DNA of 64,000 nucleotides from an uncultured Gammaproteobacteria bacterium (GTDB lineage Bacteria; Patescibacteriota; Microgenomatia; Levybacterales; UBA12049): NCBI GenBank assembly GCA_964507055.1, contig CAZDOJ010000001.1, positions 13,210 to 77,209 of the forward strand, read 5' to 3'. Shown piece by piece: positions 27,053 to 36,347 of this stretch (position 1 is its first letter; each line of letters starts with the position of its first letter). The notes under the pieces were generated by a model. It saw only the letters and a program-made list of their open reading frames with translations, ran no database searches and was not told where the DNA came from. The position numbers and the translations under genes were made by a program.

Positions 27053-28978
27053 ATGACAGAGCAAAAACGAAATATTGGTCCAGCTGCCGCATTATTAAAG
27101 ACCAATCCTGAACTAATAGCACAATCACCAGAGATTGCAAGACAGCTTATAGCGGATAAAGGATTTGCAGGTGAGGCTATAGCACGTCTTGGAGGAAGGA
27201 GGATGCGTCTTCTTCTTGAAGGTAGTGCAGCCGTTCATAGAAGGGCAATGATGCCTATCTCAGGACTGAGTCGTGTCGATACAGTTGTTCCTCAATATAC
27301 CGGAACGCACGAGGAAAACACGCGTATTGATGAGGGTATAAAGACGGGACGGAAAGCCGTCATTAATGGCGGAAAAGATAGAGAGAAAGCTGAGGTTGGA
27401 GCGATTGATACGTTGCGTCTTCCTGAGTTTAAAGTCCCCGCACAAATAGCAGATACTCCCATTATTATTATTGGTGGCGGTGCAGCAGGTATTATCAGTG
27501 GGCGAAGTCTTCATGAAATGGGATTCACAAATGTGAAAATCTTTGAAAAAGGTAAACCAAACGGTATTTGGAATGCAGATAATGCTGACATTACTGATGG
27601 GTCACGAAATAATCCCTCAAAGATTGTATTTCATCATCGTCACCGAACGAGCTCCTCTATCCCTCCCGTTCCAGGTTCAGGGAGAGAAATTACGAGTTTT
27701 CTTGATGACATGACCAAGGGGCCTTTATTGTCCCAAGAATTGAATATACGCACTGCAGAAGTAACACATATCCAACCTGGAGATCTGCATCATATTGTTC
27801 ATTATCAAACGCCAGAAGGTGAAGCTCGTGCTGCAAGTGCTCCAATTGTGATTAATGCTACTGGAGTGGGAGAGCCTCTCCCTGCAAACCTACCCGGGAC
27901 AATGGAAACTTCAACAAAAGATGCTGGAGTTCGTTGGCAAGAAAAGATTACCCCTCAAATGGCTGAAGAGTATCGAAATAAGTCTATGGTATTAATTGGT
28001 TTGGGAAATAGCACTGCCGAAATGCTCATGCAAATTCAAGCTTATAACGCCCAAGGTTATAATATTGGCTACAAAATACTTACGCATTATCCGCAGGAAG
28101 CTGTGGTCGATCCTACTTCAACCTATAATTTGGAAGGTAGGCACTTTAAAGTTTTTCGTGACTCAAGAAATCTTGGTAGATACGACGGAGATTTGCAGGA
28201 GCCGAGAGACGCATACGTGCAAGCAGTTCAAGGAGGTAAGGTTATGGCTGATGTAACTCGATGGGATAGAATCGGTGATAACGTAATGGTCGAGATGCGG
28301 GACGGATCTTCACAAATAATTCCATGTGATCGCCTCTACACATTGATAGGTTATGGTCAGCCAGTCGAAGTTCTTGAAAAAATGGGTATGACTGTTACAG
28401 ATGCGGATAAAAGGACTGTCGCTGTGGATTATGATGGAGAAGTGCAAAGAGTGCCTGGAGTAGCAGGCCGTGATCGAGTATTTCCTGGTTATTTTGCAAG
28501 TGGATCCGTATTAAAATCATCAACAATGCCAAATGCATCGGTTATTCCTGGAATTTTTTTCCGTACGCCTGACTTACTCCTCGCTGTTACCACCAGAGCA
28601 ATGGAATATCAGATTGCTATTGAAAAATATAAAAAAACAGAGATAGCGGCGAAATTATATGGTCAACAGCCTAAGCCTGAAAATCGAGCAGGTGCACATC
28701 GAGCAACTGATTCAGAAACTATGTTGGACGGCGTTGTTGCTCAATGGATTACTAGTGAACAGTCTATTCAGGAATCTTTACACGATTCTGAGCCTGAACC
28801 AGTGGTCCCAGAAGAAGAGATTTCAGAGCAATCGAAAGAAGAGATCGTTTTTACGAGTGGCATACAAATTAGTGATGGGAAACTCGTATTTGGGCCTCTT
28901 CCAGGATTGGATGATAGAGTAAGTTGGGATATTGAAGCCGGTCCCGAAGATCAAGATCCGCCAAAAAAAACTCTCTAG
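27053..28978 (+). CDS. tail-family protein T2: FAD/NAD(P)-binding monooxygenase-like flavoprotein
   Basis: IIIIGGGAAGIISG...IFEKG (GxGxxG fold) and a second motif MVLIGLGNSTAEM. C-terminus VSWDIEAGPEDQDPPKKTL. TGcTATAAT lies 9 nt before the ATG. Confidence 0.8.
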   Translation: MTEQKRNIGPAAALLKTNPELIAQSPEIARQLIADKGFAGEAIARLGGRRMRLLLEGSAAVHRRAMMPISGLSRVDTVVPQYTGTHEENTRIDEGIKTGRKAVINGGKDREKAEVGAIDTLRLPEFKVPAQIADTPIIIIGGGAAGIISGRSLHEMGFTNVKIFEKGKPNGIWNADNADITDGSRNNPSKIVFHHRHRTSSSIPPVPGSGREITSFLDDMTKGPLLSQELNIRTAEVTHIQPGDLHHIVHYQTPEGEARAASAPIVINATGVGEPLPANLPGTMETSTKDAGVRWQEKITPQMAEEYRNKSMVLIGLGNSTAEMLMQIQAYNAQGYNIGYKILTHYPQEAVVDPTSTYNLEGRHFKVFRDSRNLGRYDGDLQEPRDAYVQAVQGGKVMADVTRWDRIGDNVMVEMRDGSSQIIPCDRLYTLIGYGQPVEVLEKMGMTVTDADKRTVAVDYDGEVQRVPGVAGRDRVFPGYFASGSVLKSSTMPNASVIPGIFFRTPDLLLAVTTRAMEYQIAIEKYKKTEIAAKLYGQQPKPENRAGAHRATDSETMLDGVVAQWITSEQSIQESLHDSEPEPVVPEEEISEQSKEEIVFTSGIQISDGKLVFGPLPGLDDRVSWDIEAGPEDQDPPKKTL

Positions 28979-29059
28979 AATGTCAGGTAGTATCTCTCTT
29001 TTTCATGTTATAATTCCGCCATGCCAAATATCGTGGGAAGAGATTGGAGGGGCATATGA
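28976..29059 (+). pseudogene. vestigial junction cassette with 12-codon stub ORF
   Basis: TAGAATGTCAGGTA (28976-28989) is followed by TGtTATAAT (29006-29014), TCCGCC, and ATG at 29021. The stub encodes MPNIVGRDWRGI-stop, and its 5' end resembles the T16 start region (ttgcccaatatgattgaacgg). Confidence 0.35.
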
Positions 29060-29135
29060 GATGAGGGACCGAGTGGTAATCATAGGACTTTGTAGAACTT
29101 GCAAAAACCATAAAAATATCCTATAATATTAAGCT

Positions 29136-32129
29136 ATGAATAGAAAAGAGGCGCGGGCTTATTTCCGAGATCTTGGAAAAGAGACTCGTATCGATGATGC
29201 AAATGCACGCAGTACCCGGCGTGAATATCTAGCTGGTGAACGTGAGAGTGAAGCTTTTCTAGAAGCACAATCTGTAGTTCGTAAACATGCTACTCGTATT
29301 GGATCAGCTAGAAAATACTTTAGAGATCTAGGTCGAGAATTGCGTGGAATCGATGGCACTTTTCGTAAAGAATATTTAGCTGAAGAAAAAACTACAGAAG
29401 CATATCGAGATGCTCGTAGTATACTTCGCACAGATGCTCAGGAAAAGCATGCTTCCAGATCTGAAGGTGAAGGTCGACCAATCCCTGAAAGAATAGTTAG
29501 AGCTGCAGAACAAACTCCACAAGCTACAGTTACCTCAGATGAAATTGCCGTTCCTATGGATCATAGAGAAGCAATTGATCAGAATCCATCAACAGAAACA
29601 GCCAATCAAGAAACTATTCGGTGGGCATACTCCGTTATTGACGGTTATCGGGCAGCAATTCCTGAAAAAGGTACGAGAAAAGTTAAAACTGAAGCTGCAA
29701 ATGCGTATGTTCGAGAGCAACTGGTTGAGGTTATCCACGATCCTAATAAATTAGAAACAGCATTTGGTATCTGGAAAGCAAACTCAGATGAATCATCATT
29801 CTATCGAAGTGCCAAAGAAAAACTTCCAAGTGTTGTTGGGCGACATTGGGATGAGATCTCACCAAAGATTCTTGGTGAAACCGTAACGAAATATGCCCGT
29901 AACGGATATGTTGCCCAAGAATTTGAAGAATACCTCAAAGGATATTTTGAAGGGCCAAAAACAACGGAAGACAGGGTTGAAGCGTATTATCGATACTGCG
30001 ATGCAGCTCTTGATCTAGCGAATGATCCAGAATCTGTGCGAAAAGCTGTTGAAATTGGAAATTTTGAAACAGATATCATGTCCAGAAGGGGAGAAATGTT
30101 TCAAGATGTCATGTTGATTAATTTTATGGGTGTATATGATCCTCCACTTCGTCAAAAAGCAAGTACAGCTGTAAAATTAGTTATGACGAGTCTAACTCGA
30201 CTTGTAGGATTTGATCGCGATGAAGTGATGCGAAAACATCTAACAGCAATTGAAGCTATGCAGGGTGATCCAAAGTTTAACCATAAAAGACGACATATAC
30301 AAAGACTTTCAGTAAAGGGAAATATGGTAGGTTTTAAAGAGCTTTATGGAGAAGAGATCCCGACGATGGGTAAAGTATTTGGTAATTCAACTGGTTTACC
30401 AACAGATATTTATAGACAAATTATGCATGGCAATACAGATCTTGAAGCAGTCGAAGACCTTGCAGGTGGGCAAGAAGAATGGCTACGAGATCCGCTGGGG
30501 AAAAAGGTTTATGATAAGGTCCTGGGAAGATCTTCTATGGCTGCACATAAGATATATATTGCTGGTGAAATAAACGCAAGTGGTGAAGATGTCGTCTTCT
30601 TAACAAGACAAGTGGACGGAGTCATGTTGGAAGTGGGAATTCCAGCGTCACTCGCAGGTAGTCGAGATGCTATTTTAGAAGCATGCTCAGCTAGTACAGA
30701 AAATATTGCGATGGTAAAAGATGAAGGACTTCCTTTTGTTCCTGTAGAAGGTTTTCATTATGATAATAAACTTATCTATGCTACATATCGAAAAATAGAT
30801 GAAGCAGAAAATACCAACAGACATCCATTGGAAATGCTCAATAATATTGGCTTTCCAGATGTCGCATCTGAAGATTTGGAAGCTGATAATGCTGCACTTG
30901 CGACGCAAATTGTAAATGAACAACGACGATTCTTGAATACAAGAGGATTTAGTATACCTCTTACCCATCCGGCTTTAGCAGATAGAGGATACCAGAATTT
31001 TACTTTCAAGAAAAATCCTGATGACAATCGTGTGACTGATCTTACGATTAAGGTAAGAAATACTGAGATTAAAGTTCGTCTTGATCAGGATTTCCGTTTT
31101 GATTTAGAAGGGATGGAATGCGATGTTCCACAAAGAGAATCGATCCATAATATTATCTTAACAGTCCTTTATCCTGCTCTTTGTGGATTAAGTGCCAAAG
31201 ATCATGATGGCAACGAAACTGATCTTTCGAGAATTTTCCAAACTCGAGTTGGGTATATTGGTTATCTTGGTTCAGGACGAAACTTCACTGATAAAAAGGC
31301 AGAAGAGTTTTTCTCTGTAGAAGGTCGAGACTTATCCACGGTATCAGAACAAAGAAAAAGTATTGATCCGACGGGACAATCGAGAAACTCTAGTTATTGG
31401 GCACCAGTTGAATCTGATGATCCAAATCTTCCACCGGTGCGTTTAAATATTGGCTTGCCTGCAGATAAATTTAAAACCATTGCTCCTGAGGCTGAACAGG
31501 CTGCTTTGGAAGCTGCTACGACAGCGGCATTAGCAAATATTGTTTTTGAGGGGGAAGTTAATGAAAGTACTCCGAGAAGAGAATATGTAAGTCCTTTTGG
31601 TGCAAATGTTATTCCTGATGTGGAAAGACGAGAAATAGAAACAACATTTAAAAGTAATGTGGAAGTTTCTATTAGGAGAGGTGCACGATTAGAAGCAAAC
31701 TTGCATCAGCTAGAATTACAGCAAGCAGAAGATGTAAGTATGATTGACAACTATCCAGAGTTCCATAAAAAGAGAGGTGAACTTGAGAAGGCAATAGAAA
31801 AAAGACATACAAAGATTTTAGAAATGACTACTTCATTAAAAGAGAATAGGGATCTACTAGAGGGTGTGGCAGAGTTATGGACAGACTATCCAGAATTAGC
31901 ATATCTAGAAGGACGCGAGGAAATAAGTGTCACTGAGAAAGCCTTGCTAGTTGCAGCTGCAGATGAATCCAGAACTGCAGCAAATTGGCAGCAAGAAACT
32001 ACTGTTTTTGATGGTACAACTGCTCCAACTTTAGAATCTGATACAACAGAAACTTTTGAAGAAACGAATGGACATATTGATTGGACAGGTGAAGGTGACG
32101 ATCATTCTGGTCCAAATCAAACTCTATAA
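29136..32129 (+). CDS. tail-family protein T3 (997 aa, unknown; N-terminal tandem repeat)
   Basis: C-terminus NGHIDWTGEGDDHSGPNQTL. Has two ~42-aa N-terminal repeats (A-x-YFRDLG...EYLA-E...). TATAAT lies 8 nt before the ATG. Confidence 0.85.
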   Translation: MNRKEARAYFRDLGKETRIDDANARSTRREYLAGERESEAFLEAQSVVRKHATRIGSARKYFRDLGRELRGIDGTFRKEYLAEEKTTEAYRDARSILRTDAQEKHASRSEGEGRPIPERIVRAAEQTPQATVTSDEIAVPMDHREAIDQNPSTETANQETIRWAYSVIDGYRAAIPEKGTRKVKTEAANAYVREQLVEVIHDPNKLETAFGIWKANSDESSFYRSAKEKLPSVVGRHWDEISPKILGETVTKYARNGYVAQEFEEYLKGYFEGPKTTEDRVEAYYRYCDAALDLANDPESVRKAVEIGNFETDIMSRRGEMFQDVMLINFMGVYDPPLRQKASTAVKLVMTSLTRLVGFDRDEVMRKHLTAIEAMQGDPKFNHKRRHIQRLSVKGNMVGFKELYGEEIPTMGKVFGNSTGLPTDIYRQIMHGNTDLEAVEDLAGGQEEWLRDPLGKKVYDKVLGRSSMAAHKIYIAGEINASGEDVVFLTRQVDGVMLEVGIPASLAGSRDAILEACSASTENIAMVKDEGLPFVPVEGFHYDNKLIYATYRKIDEAENTNRHPLEMLNNIGFPDVASEDLEADNAALATQIVNEQRRFLNTRGFSIPLTHPALADRGYQNFTFKKNPDDNRVTDLTIKVRNTEIKVRLDQDFRFDLEGMECDVPQRESIHNIILTVLYPALCGLSAKDHDGNETDLSRIFQTRVGYIGYLGSGRNFTDKKAEEFFSVEGRDLSTVSEQRKSIDPTGQSRNSSYWAPVESDDPNLPPVRLNIGLPADKFKTIAPEAEQAALEAATTAALANIVFEGEVNESTPRREYVSPFGANVIPDVERREIETTFKSNVEVSIRRGARLEANLHQLELQQAEDVSMIDNYPEFHKKRGELEKAIEKRHTKILEMTTSLKENRDLLEGVAELWTDYPELAYLEGREEISVTEKALLVAAADESRTAANWQQETTVFDGTTAPTLESDTTETFEETNGHIDWTGEGDDHSGPNQTL

Positions 32130-32170
32130 AACTTATAGCAAGGAAAGCATGAGTTTGATATACTTTCACT

Positions 32171-33298
32171 ATGTCAAATCCTGAAAATAGACGGTCAGTA
32201 GAAGTAACAGAACGAACAGCACTTCATTCAGCATTTGCCGCAGCTGCACGAATTCATACCATGGGAGAATCTACTATAGAGAACGCCGGCTTATATCCTT
32301 CTTCGCGGATAGGAAAAAATCGACTTCGCCTCAGACCTGCTCTCGAAATAAGTGCTTCTGAAAAACCAGGAGATCCTCTTTCTCAAACAATTCTCATAAC
32401 ACGTAACGCACGAAAAGGTGAACAAACCATAGGTATTTCTATGAGTCCAGATGGAATAAGAAAATCATTTTTCAAATTGTATGATGAACCCGATTTTGAT
32501 GCGTACAAAGCACGTGCAGACCTCGATAGAGAAGACGCACTTTTTCAAAGAAGTGCAGGTTTGGACCTAATGAGTGATGCAGAAGTCCTTGCAAACATTC
32601 GTGAATTGCGAGGCATTATGGGAAGGGAATGGCCTGCCGATGTGGAGCTTCCAGACAATGAAGGTTCAAAATCTCTTCCAACCCCGGAAACTATTTCGCT
32701 CTTTCAGACTGTCACTTCTGAATTAGCATCACAGCGTCAGACGACACAAACCACTTGGTATGACGGAGGCAAACAATATTTGCTTACAACAATCGAAGAG
32801 AAGGGGAAGGGACCTGTTGAAGTTGTGCTTACACAGCTTGAAAGAGATCTTGATTCGACTTCAGATGAAAAAGTTGTACATACCTGGGAATTTCTCGGAA
32901 AGAAGAATAGATTTTCCTCTATATCTGGGGAATGGGAAGACGATTTAGCTTCGACTAGTAGCATAGAAGGTGATGAATATCATATTCAAGAAGAGATGAG
33001 AGAAAAACAGGGACTTTTTCGTGGTGTTTTTGGAGTAGACAAATTTAAAGCAAGTGAAGCTGAGGTTCAACTTGGATTAACGATATTAGAGCGAAGAGCT
33101 CAAGAGGCTGATCAAGCATTGCAGCAAGCCTTTGATGCGATGAGTGAACCGATACCAGAAAGAGAAGAAGGAGATCCAAATCCAGGCGGAACTCCAACGA
33201 TCGTTTTTGAAGCATCAGATGAAACATTAGAGGGCAAAAATGGAGATATCGATTGGAATGGTGAAGATGACCCTGAGGGTCCGCAAAAGTCGTTGTAG
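32171..33298 (+). CDS. tail-family protein T4 (family B)
   Basis: C-terminus NGDIDWNGEDDPEGPQKSL. Shares GREWPADVELPD and TTWYDGGKQYLLTT blocks with T6, T8 and T9. TGaTATACT lies 6 nt before the ATG. Confidence 0.85.
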   Translation: MSNPENRRSVEVTERTALHSAFAAAARIHTMGESTIENAGLYPSSRIGKNRLRLRPALEISASEKPGDPLSQTILITRNARKGEQTIGISMSPDGIRKSFFKLYDEPDFDAYKARADLDREDALFQRSAGLDLMSDAEVLANIRELRGIMGREWPADVELPDNEGSKSLPTPETISLFQTVTSELASQRQTTQTTWYDGGKQYLLTTIEEKGKGPVEVVLTQLERDLDSTSDEKVVHTWEFLGKKNRFSSISGEWEDDLASTSSIEGDEYHIQEEMREKQGLFRGVFGVDKFKASEAEVQLGLTILERRAQEADQALQQAFDAMSEPIPEREEGDPNPGGTPTIVFEASDETLEGKNGDIDWNGEDDPEGPQKSL

Positions 33299-33346
33299 AT
33301 GATTTAGCCCATTGCGATAATCCAATCATGTCTTTATAATGCCCCT

Positions 33347-33679
33347 ATGGTTGAGTCAAGAAGAAGGAGTGAACCGCCTCAAAGAAGAGGTCCATGGCAA
33401 GAGCGTGCTGGCAATATATTGCGATCGGCACGAAATAAATTTTCTGGGGATGTTGGACGCCTAGAGCAGTGCCTCGTTCCTATAAATGATCCCATAACGC
33501 CTGAACCAAAGAATGTCTCCGGTCCAAGTGGATGTCTCATCGATAATTCAGGTAAAACTTCCGAAAGAACTCCACCTCCAGATCTGGGGATATCGATTTG
33601 GGAACAACCACTATCACAGGTTTTTAATATCTTTGATGGTAGCAATGATGGCCAGAGCGGTCCCAGAAGATCTTTATAA
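33347..33679 (+). CDS. tail-family mini-protein T5 (110 aa: conserved head + tail only)
   Basis: Starts MVESRRR (compare T15 MVEQSRR) and ends FNIFDGSNDGQSGPRRSL. TATAAT lies 6 nt before the ATG. An equally long antisense ORF exists but lacks any family feature. Confidence 0.6.
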   Translation: MVESRRRSEPPQRRGPWQERAGNILRSARNKFSGDVGRLEQCLVPINDPITPEPKNVSGPSGCLIDNSGKTSERTPPPDLGISIWEQPLSQVFNIFDGSNDGQSGPRRSL

Positions 33680-33754
33680 TAGGACATACAGTTTGGTATT
33701 TATAAGTATTTGAGGCAATAGCATATTTTATATTGACATGATATACTCCCAGCT

Positions 33755-35056
33755 ATGTTTAAAGAGAGAGAAAATCGCTTAACCTCAACAAACAAAAAAA
33801 CTCCAATCCGAGATCGAATCGCTTCTCGCGTAGAACAAGCAGTTGATCAAGTAAGGGCAAAAAGAGATTCTCTTGTAGATAGTGCAGTCGTATTTGCTCA
33901 CACATCTCTTGTCGTGGGGGCAGTTACAAAGAATATGCTTCTTCATTCGGATGTTCCTGGTCAAGAGCCTGAACATCGTGAAAAAAAGGAAGTTTCTGAT
34001 ATCGAAAAAGCAATGCAGTTTGCTGAGATAATTCAGGGTCATGAAGTAACTACACGCTATGCAACTGGAACATATCCATTTATCTCTGCTCGTAAAGGAG
34101 CACCGCGTACAGAAATACAATTTGAGGAAAATTCATATGAGAATCATCCGCCGACATTTAGAATAGGGATTCAATTTGAAAAACATAATGGTCATATGCA
34201 GGCAATAGGTGGCATGCGTATCAGAGAAGATGAAGGTGGACAAGTACGAGAGAGTGGAGATTTATCATTACTCTTTGGCAGAGAAGAGGATCCTTCAAAT
34301 CCACCGCCATATATATACCAAGGTTCTGGACTTGAGCGAGAATTAGAATGGATAGCAGCAGATGAATTTAGAACAAGTGCAGGGCATGATATTATGGGGG
34401 AATTCGAAGTTGTAGCAGCACTTAAAAAAACTCAGGAAGGAATGGGAGATGCCTGGCCTCAAGAATTTGTATTACCTGAAGAATCAGAAGAGTTAGGTTC
34501 AACGTCTACTAGCACATTAGATACATTTAAAGCACTTACAAGGACTTTGTCAGCTAAGAATATTGTGATTCATACTTCCTGGGACGAGGACAACATATCT
34601 TACTCACTCAGTACTCATACTTCAACAGAGAACCCCTCAAAAGTTGTAATCAGAAAAACTATTAAAACATTAACTGATGATGGAGTTATCCTCAATGAAA
34701 GTGAAGGTTTAGAAATGGAAGATGGGAATGCTCCAATACTGTCTCAACATAAAAATTATGATACAATCTCCCTTCTTCGCGTGAGAGATCAAGAAGTCAG
34801 GGCTCGCTTGGAAGCAGAGAATGAACTCTACTACGAAGACATAAAGTCACTTATTGATAATGGAGGCTCGGTTGCAGATGCGTCAGCTGTTGCTCGTTTC
34901 CTTGCTCTTCTTGAAACGAAAGTACGCGATATCCAGACAGAGCGGCAAGCGATGCGTATTCTATTTCAACCTGGTTCTTTGGAAGCTGAGAATGAAGGCA
35001 TTGATTGGAATGGAGATACTGATCCCGACCAAGACGGTCCACCTAGGACCCTGTAA
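33755..35056 (+). CDS. tail-family protein T6 (family B)
   Basis: C-terminus EGIDWNGDTDPDQDGPPRTL. The N-terminal segment KKTPIRDRIA...AVVFAHTSLVVGAVTKNMLLHS is homologous to T8. TGaTATACT lies 7 nt before the ATG. Confidence 0.85.
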   Translation: MFKERENRLTSTNKKTPIRDRIASRVEQAVDQVRAKRDSLVDSAVVFAHTSLVVGAVTKNMLLHSDVPGQEPEHREKKEVSDIEKAMQFAEIIQGHEVTTRYATGTYPFISARKGAPRTEIQFEENSYENHPPTFRIGIQFEKHNGHMQAIGGMRIREDEGGQVRESGDLSLLFGREEDPSNPPPYIYQGSGLERELEWIAADEFRTSAGHDIMGEFEVVAALKKTQEGMGDAWPQEFVLPEESEELGSTSTSTLDTFKALTRTLSAKNIVIHTSWDEDNISYSLSTHTSTENPSKVVIRKTIKTLTDDGVILNESEGLEMEDGNAPILSQHKNYDTISLLRVRDQEVRARLEAENELYYEDIKSLIDNGGSVADASAVARFLALLETKVRDIQTERQAMRILFQPGSLEAENEGIDWNGDTDPDQDGPPRTL

Positions 35057-35115
35057 CTTCTAAATATTTCTCCTCACCTTGAAGCTGCGTACGCATAGTG
35101 TTATACTTGTCGTTT

Positions 35116-36297
35116 ATGCGACAAGAGAGAGAACCCTATAACCAACAAGACCCAAAAGCTCGAGCTGGAGGCATCCTTGAAGGTCTACCGCGAAGACGTG
35201 ATGGGCAATCTATTGGCGATTATGTCGTGAATCGTTTGCAAAGGATAGATGATGATGGCACAAGATCTAAGACAATTACTGCACTACATCGTATGGCTGC
35301 AGGTGCTCCAATAAGTTCTCCAAATCAACAAGTCGTAGTTGAAAATGTACTTGGTGTTACGATGGCAATTACTGACTATGGCGTAGATCCTGAGGTTGAT
35401 AAACAGTTACCCAAAGTGATTCAAGTAATGGGGAAAAAGCATGTAGAGATTGTCTCTCGTGAAGAAATCACTGAAAAGACTCATCGCTTACAAGAGGCTG
35501 GTCATGATATTGACCAGATGTATGGACAATGGCTTGGAATTTCGGTGTTGGAACAAGCTCCAAATCCAGATGTCGTGAGTCATACAGGTTTTACATTGCA
35601 TGATATTCATGAAGGACTTGATGCTGAACGTAGGGCTGAGAGTTATATTAAAGATGAAACAAGCCGACGCTTAGATGCTGACGCAATTCCAGGTCAAACA
35701 TATCTTATATTTTCTCTTGATGCAAGTAATAATTTTGGTGAATCACGCAAGAAAGATATAGAAAGTGAAGTGAGTGAAGAACTCGAACCAGGGCGTGCTA
35801 TTAGGCTTATTGCTCTTTATGACAATATATCCCAACTTGTTTCACAGCATCCAACAGTTATTGCAAGAGCACTTATGGAGCAGGTACTTACAGATGAGCA
35901 ACGCAAAATCGTTCTTGAAAAAAGAGCAGCAATTCTTAAAGCAAAAGAAATAACAGATGACATGCATTTACATGATCAGACAATTGAAGATTTTGCACAA
36001 GAGTATACCTTGGATGAGGTTGCAAGTATAAGTGCAGCTGGAGGTTATCGTTTGGAGCTTGTTAAAGCACTTTGCGATACCAGTGGTATAACAAACACAA
36101 GGAACGATTCCTTCGATTTATTACGTGATGCAATGAATAAAGCAGCTTTGGTGATAACTTTTGATGGGAAAAGTATTGGGATTGTTGATCCAGAAGAAAG
36201 ACCATCTCTTGATACGGATCAATCGCTGGGTGAGATTGATCCATTCATTGATTGGGATTCTGATGATGGAATGGATGGCCCACGAAGATCTCTCTAA
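35116..36297 (+). CDS. tail-family protein T7 (unknown)
   Basis: The ATG at 35116 lies 8 nt after TGtTATACT (35099-35107); the track start 35098 falls inside the -10 element. C-terminus IDPFIDWDSDDGMDGPRRSL. Confidence 0.85.
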   Translation: MRQEREPYNQQDPKARAGGILEGLPRRRDGQSIGDYVVNRLQRIDDDGTRSKTITALHRMAAGAPISSPNQQVVVENVLGVTMAITDYGVDPEVDKQLPKVIQVMGKKHVEIVSREEITEKTHRLQEAGHDIDQMYGQWLGISVLEQAPNPDVVSHTGFTLHDIHEGLDAERRAESYIKDETSRRLDADAIPGQTYLIFSLDASNNFGESRKKDIESEVSEELEPGRAIRLIALYDNISQLVSQHPTVIARALMEQVLTDEQRKIVLEKRAAILKAKEITDDMHLHDQTIEDFAQEYTLDEVASISAAGGYRLELVKALCDTSGITNTRNDSFDLLRDAMNKAALVITFDGKSIGIVDPEERPSLDTDQSLGEIDPFIDWDSDDGMDGPRRSL

Positions 36298-36302
36298 ACT
36301 AT

Positions 36303-36338
36303 CCCGTAGTAGCCAATTGAATTCAGATTTGTTACAAT
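36303..36338 (+). promoter_or_regulatory. island junction promoter: CCCGTAGTAG-N20-TACAAT (T8)
   Basis: Box at 36303-36312 and TGtTACAAT at 36330-36338. Same architecture as the junctions at 44515, 53535 and 62655. Confidence 0.55.
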
Positions 36339-36347
36339 ACACCGATT

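Noticed and set aside
28932-29126. 64-aa ORF overlapping the T2 stop and the T2-T3 spacer.
   Set aside because: It starts inside the T2 tail codons in another frame and runs through the promoter-like sequences. The vestigial cassette interpretation explains the region better.
33379-33687. 102-aa minus-strand ORF almost coextensive with T5.
   Set aside because: The plus-strand reading carries the family head (MVESRRR), the canonical tail (GPRRSL-stop) and a TATAAT 6 nt upstream. The minus-strand ORF has none of these.
33733-33738. Perfect TTGACA upstream of T6 as a -35 element. The TTGATA at 27027 upstream of T2 is a similar case.
   Set aside because: It is only 3-5 nt from the -10 hexamer, which is incompatible with 16-19-nt spacing. 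The TG of an extended -10 explains the adjacent bases.
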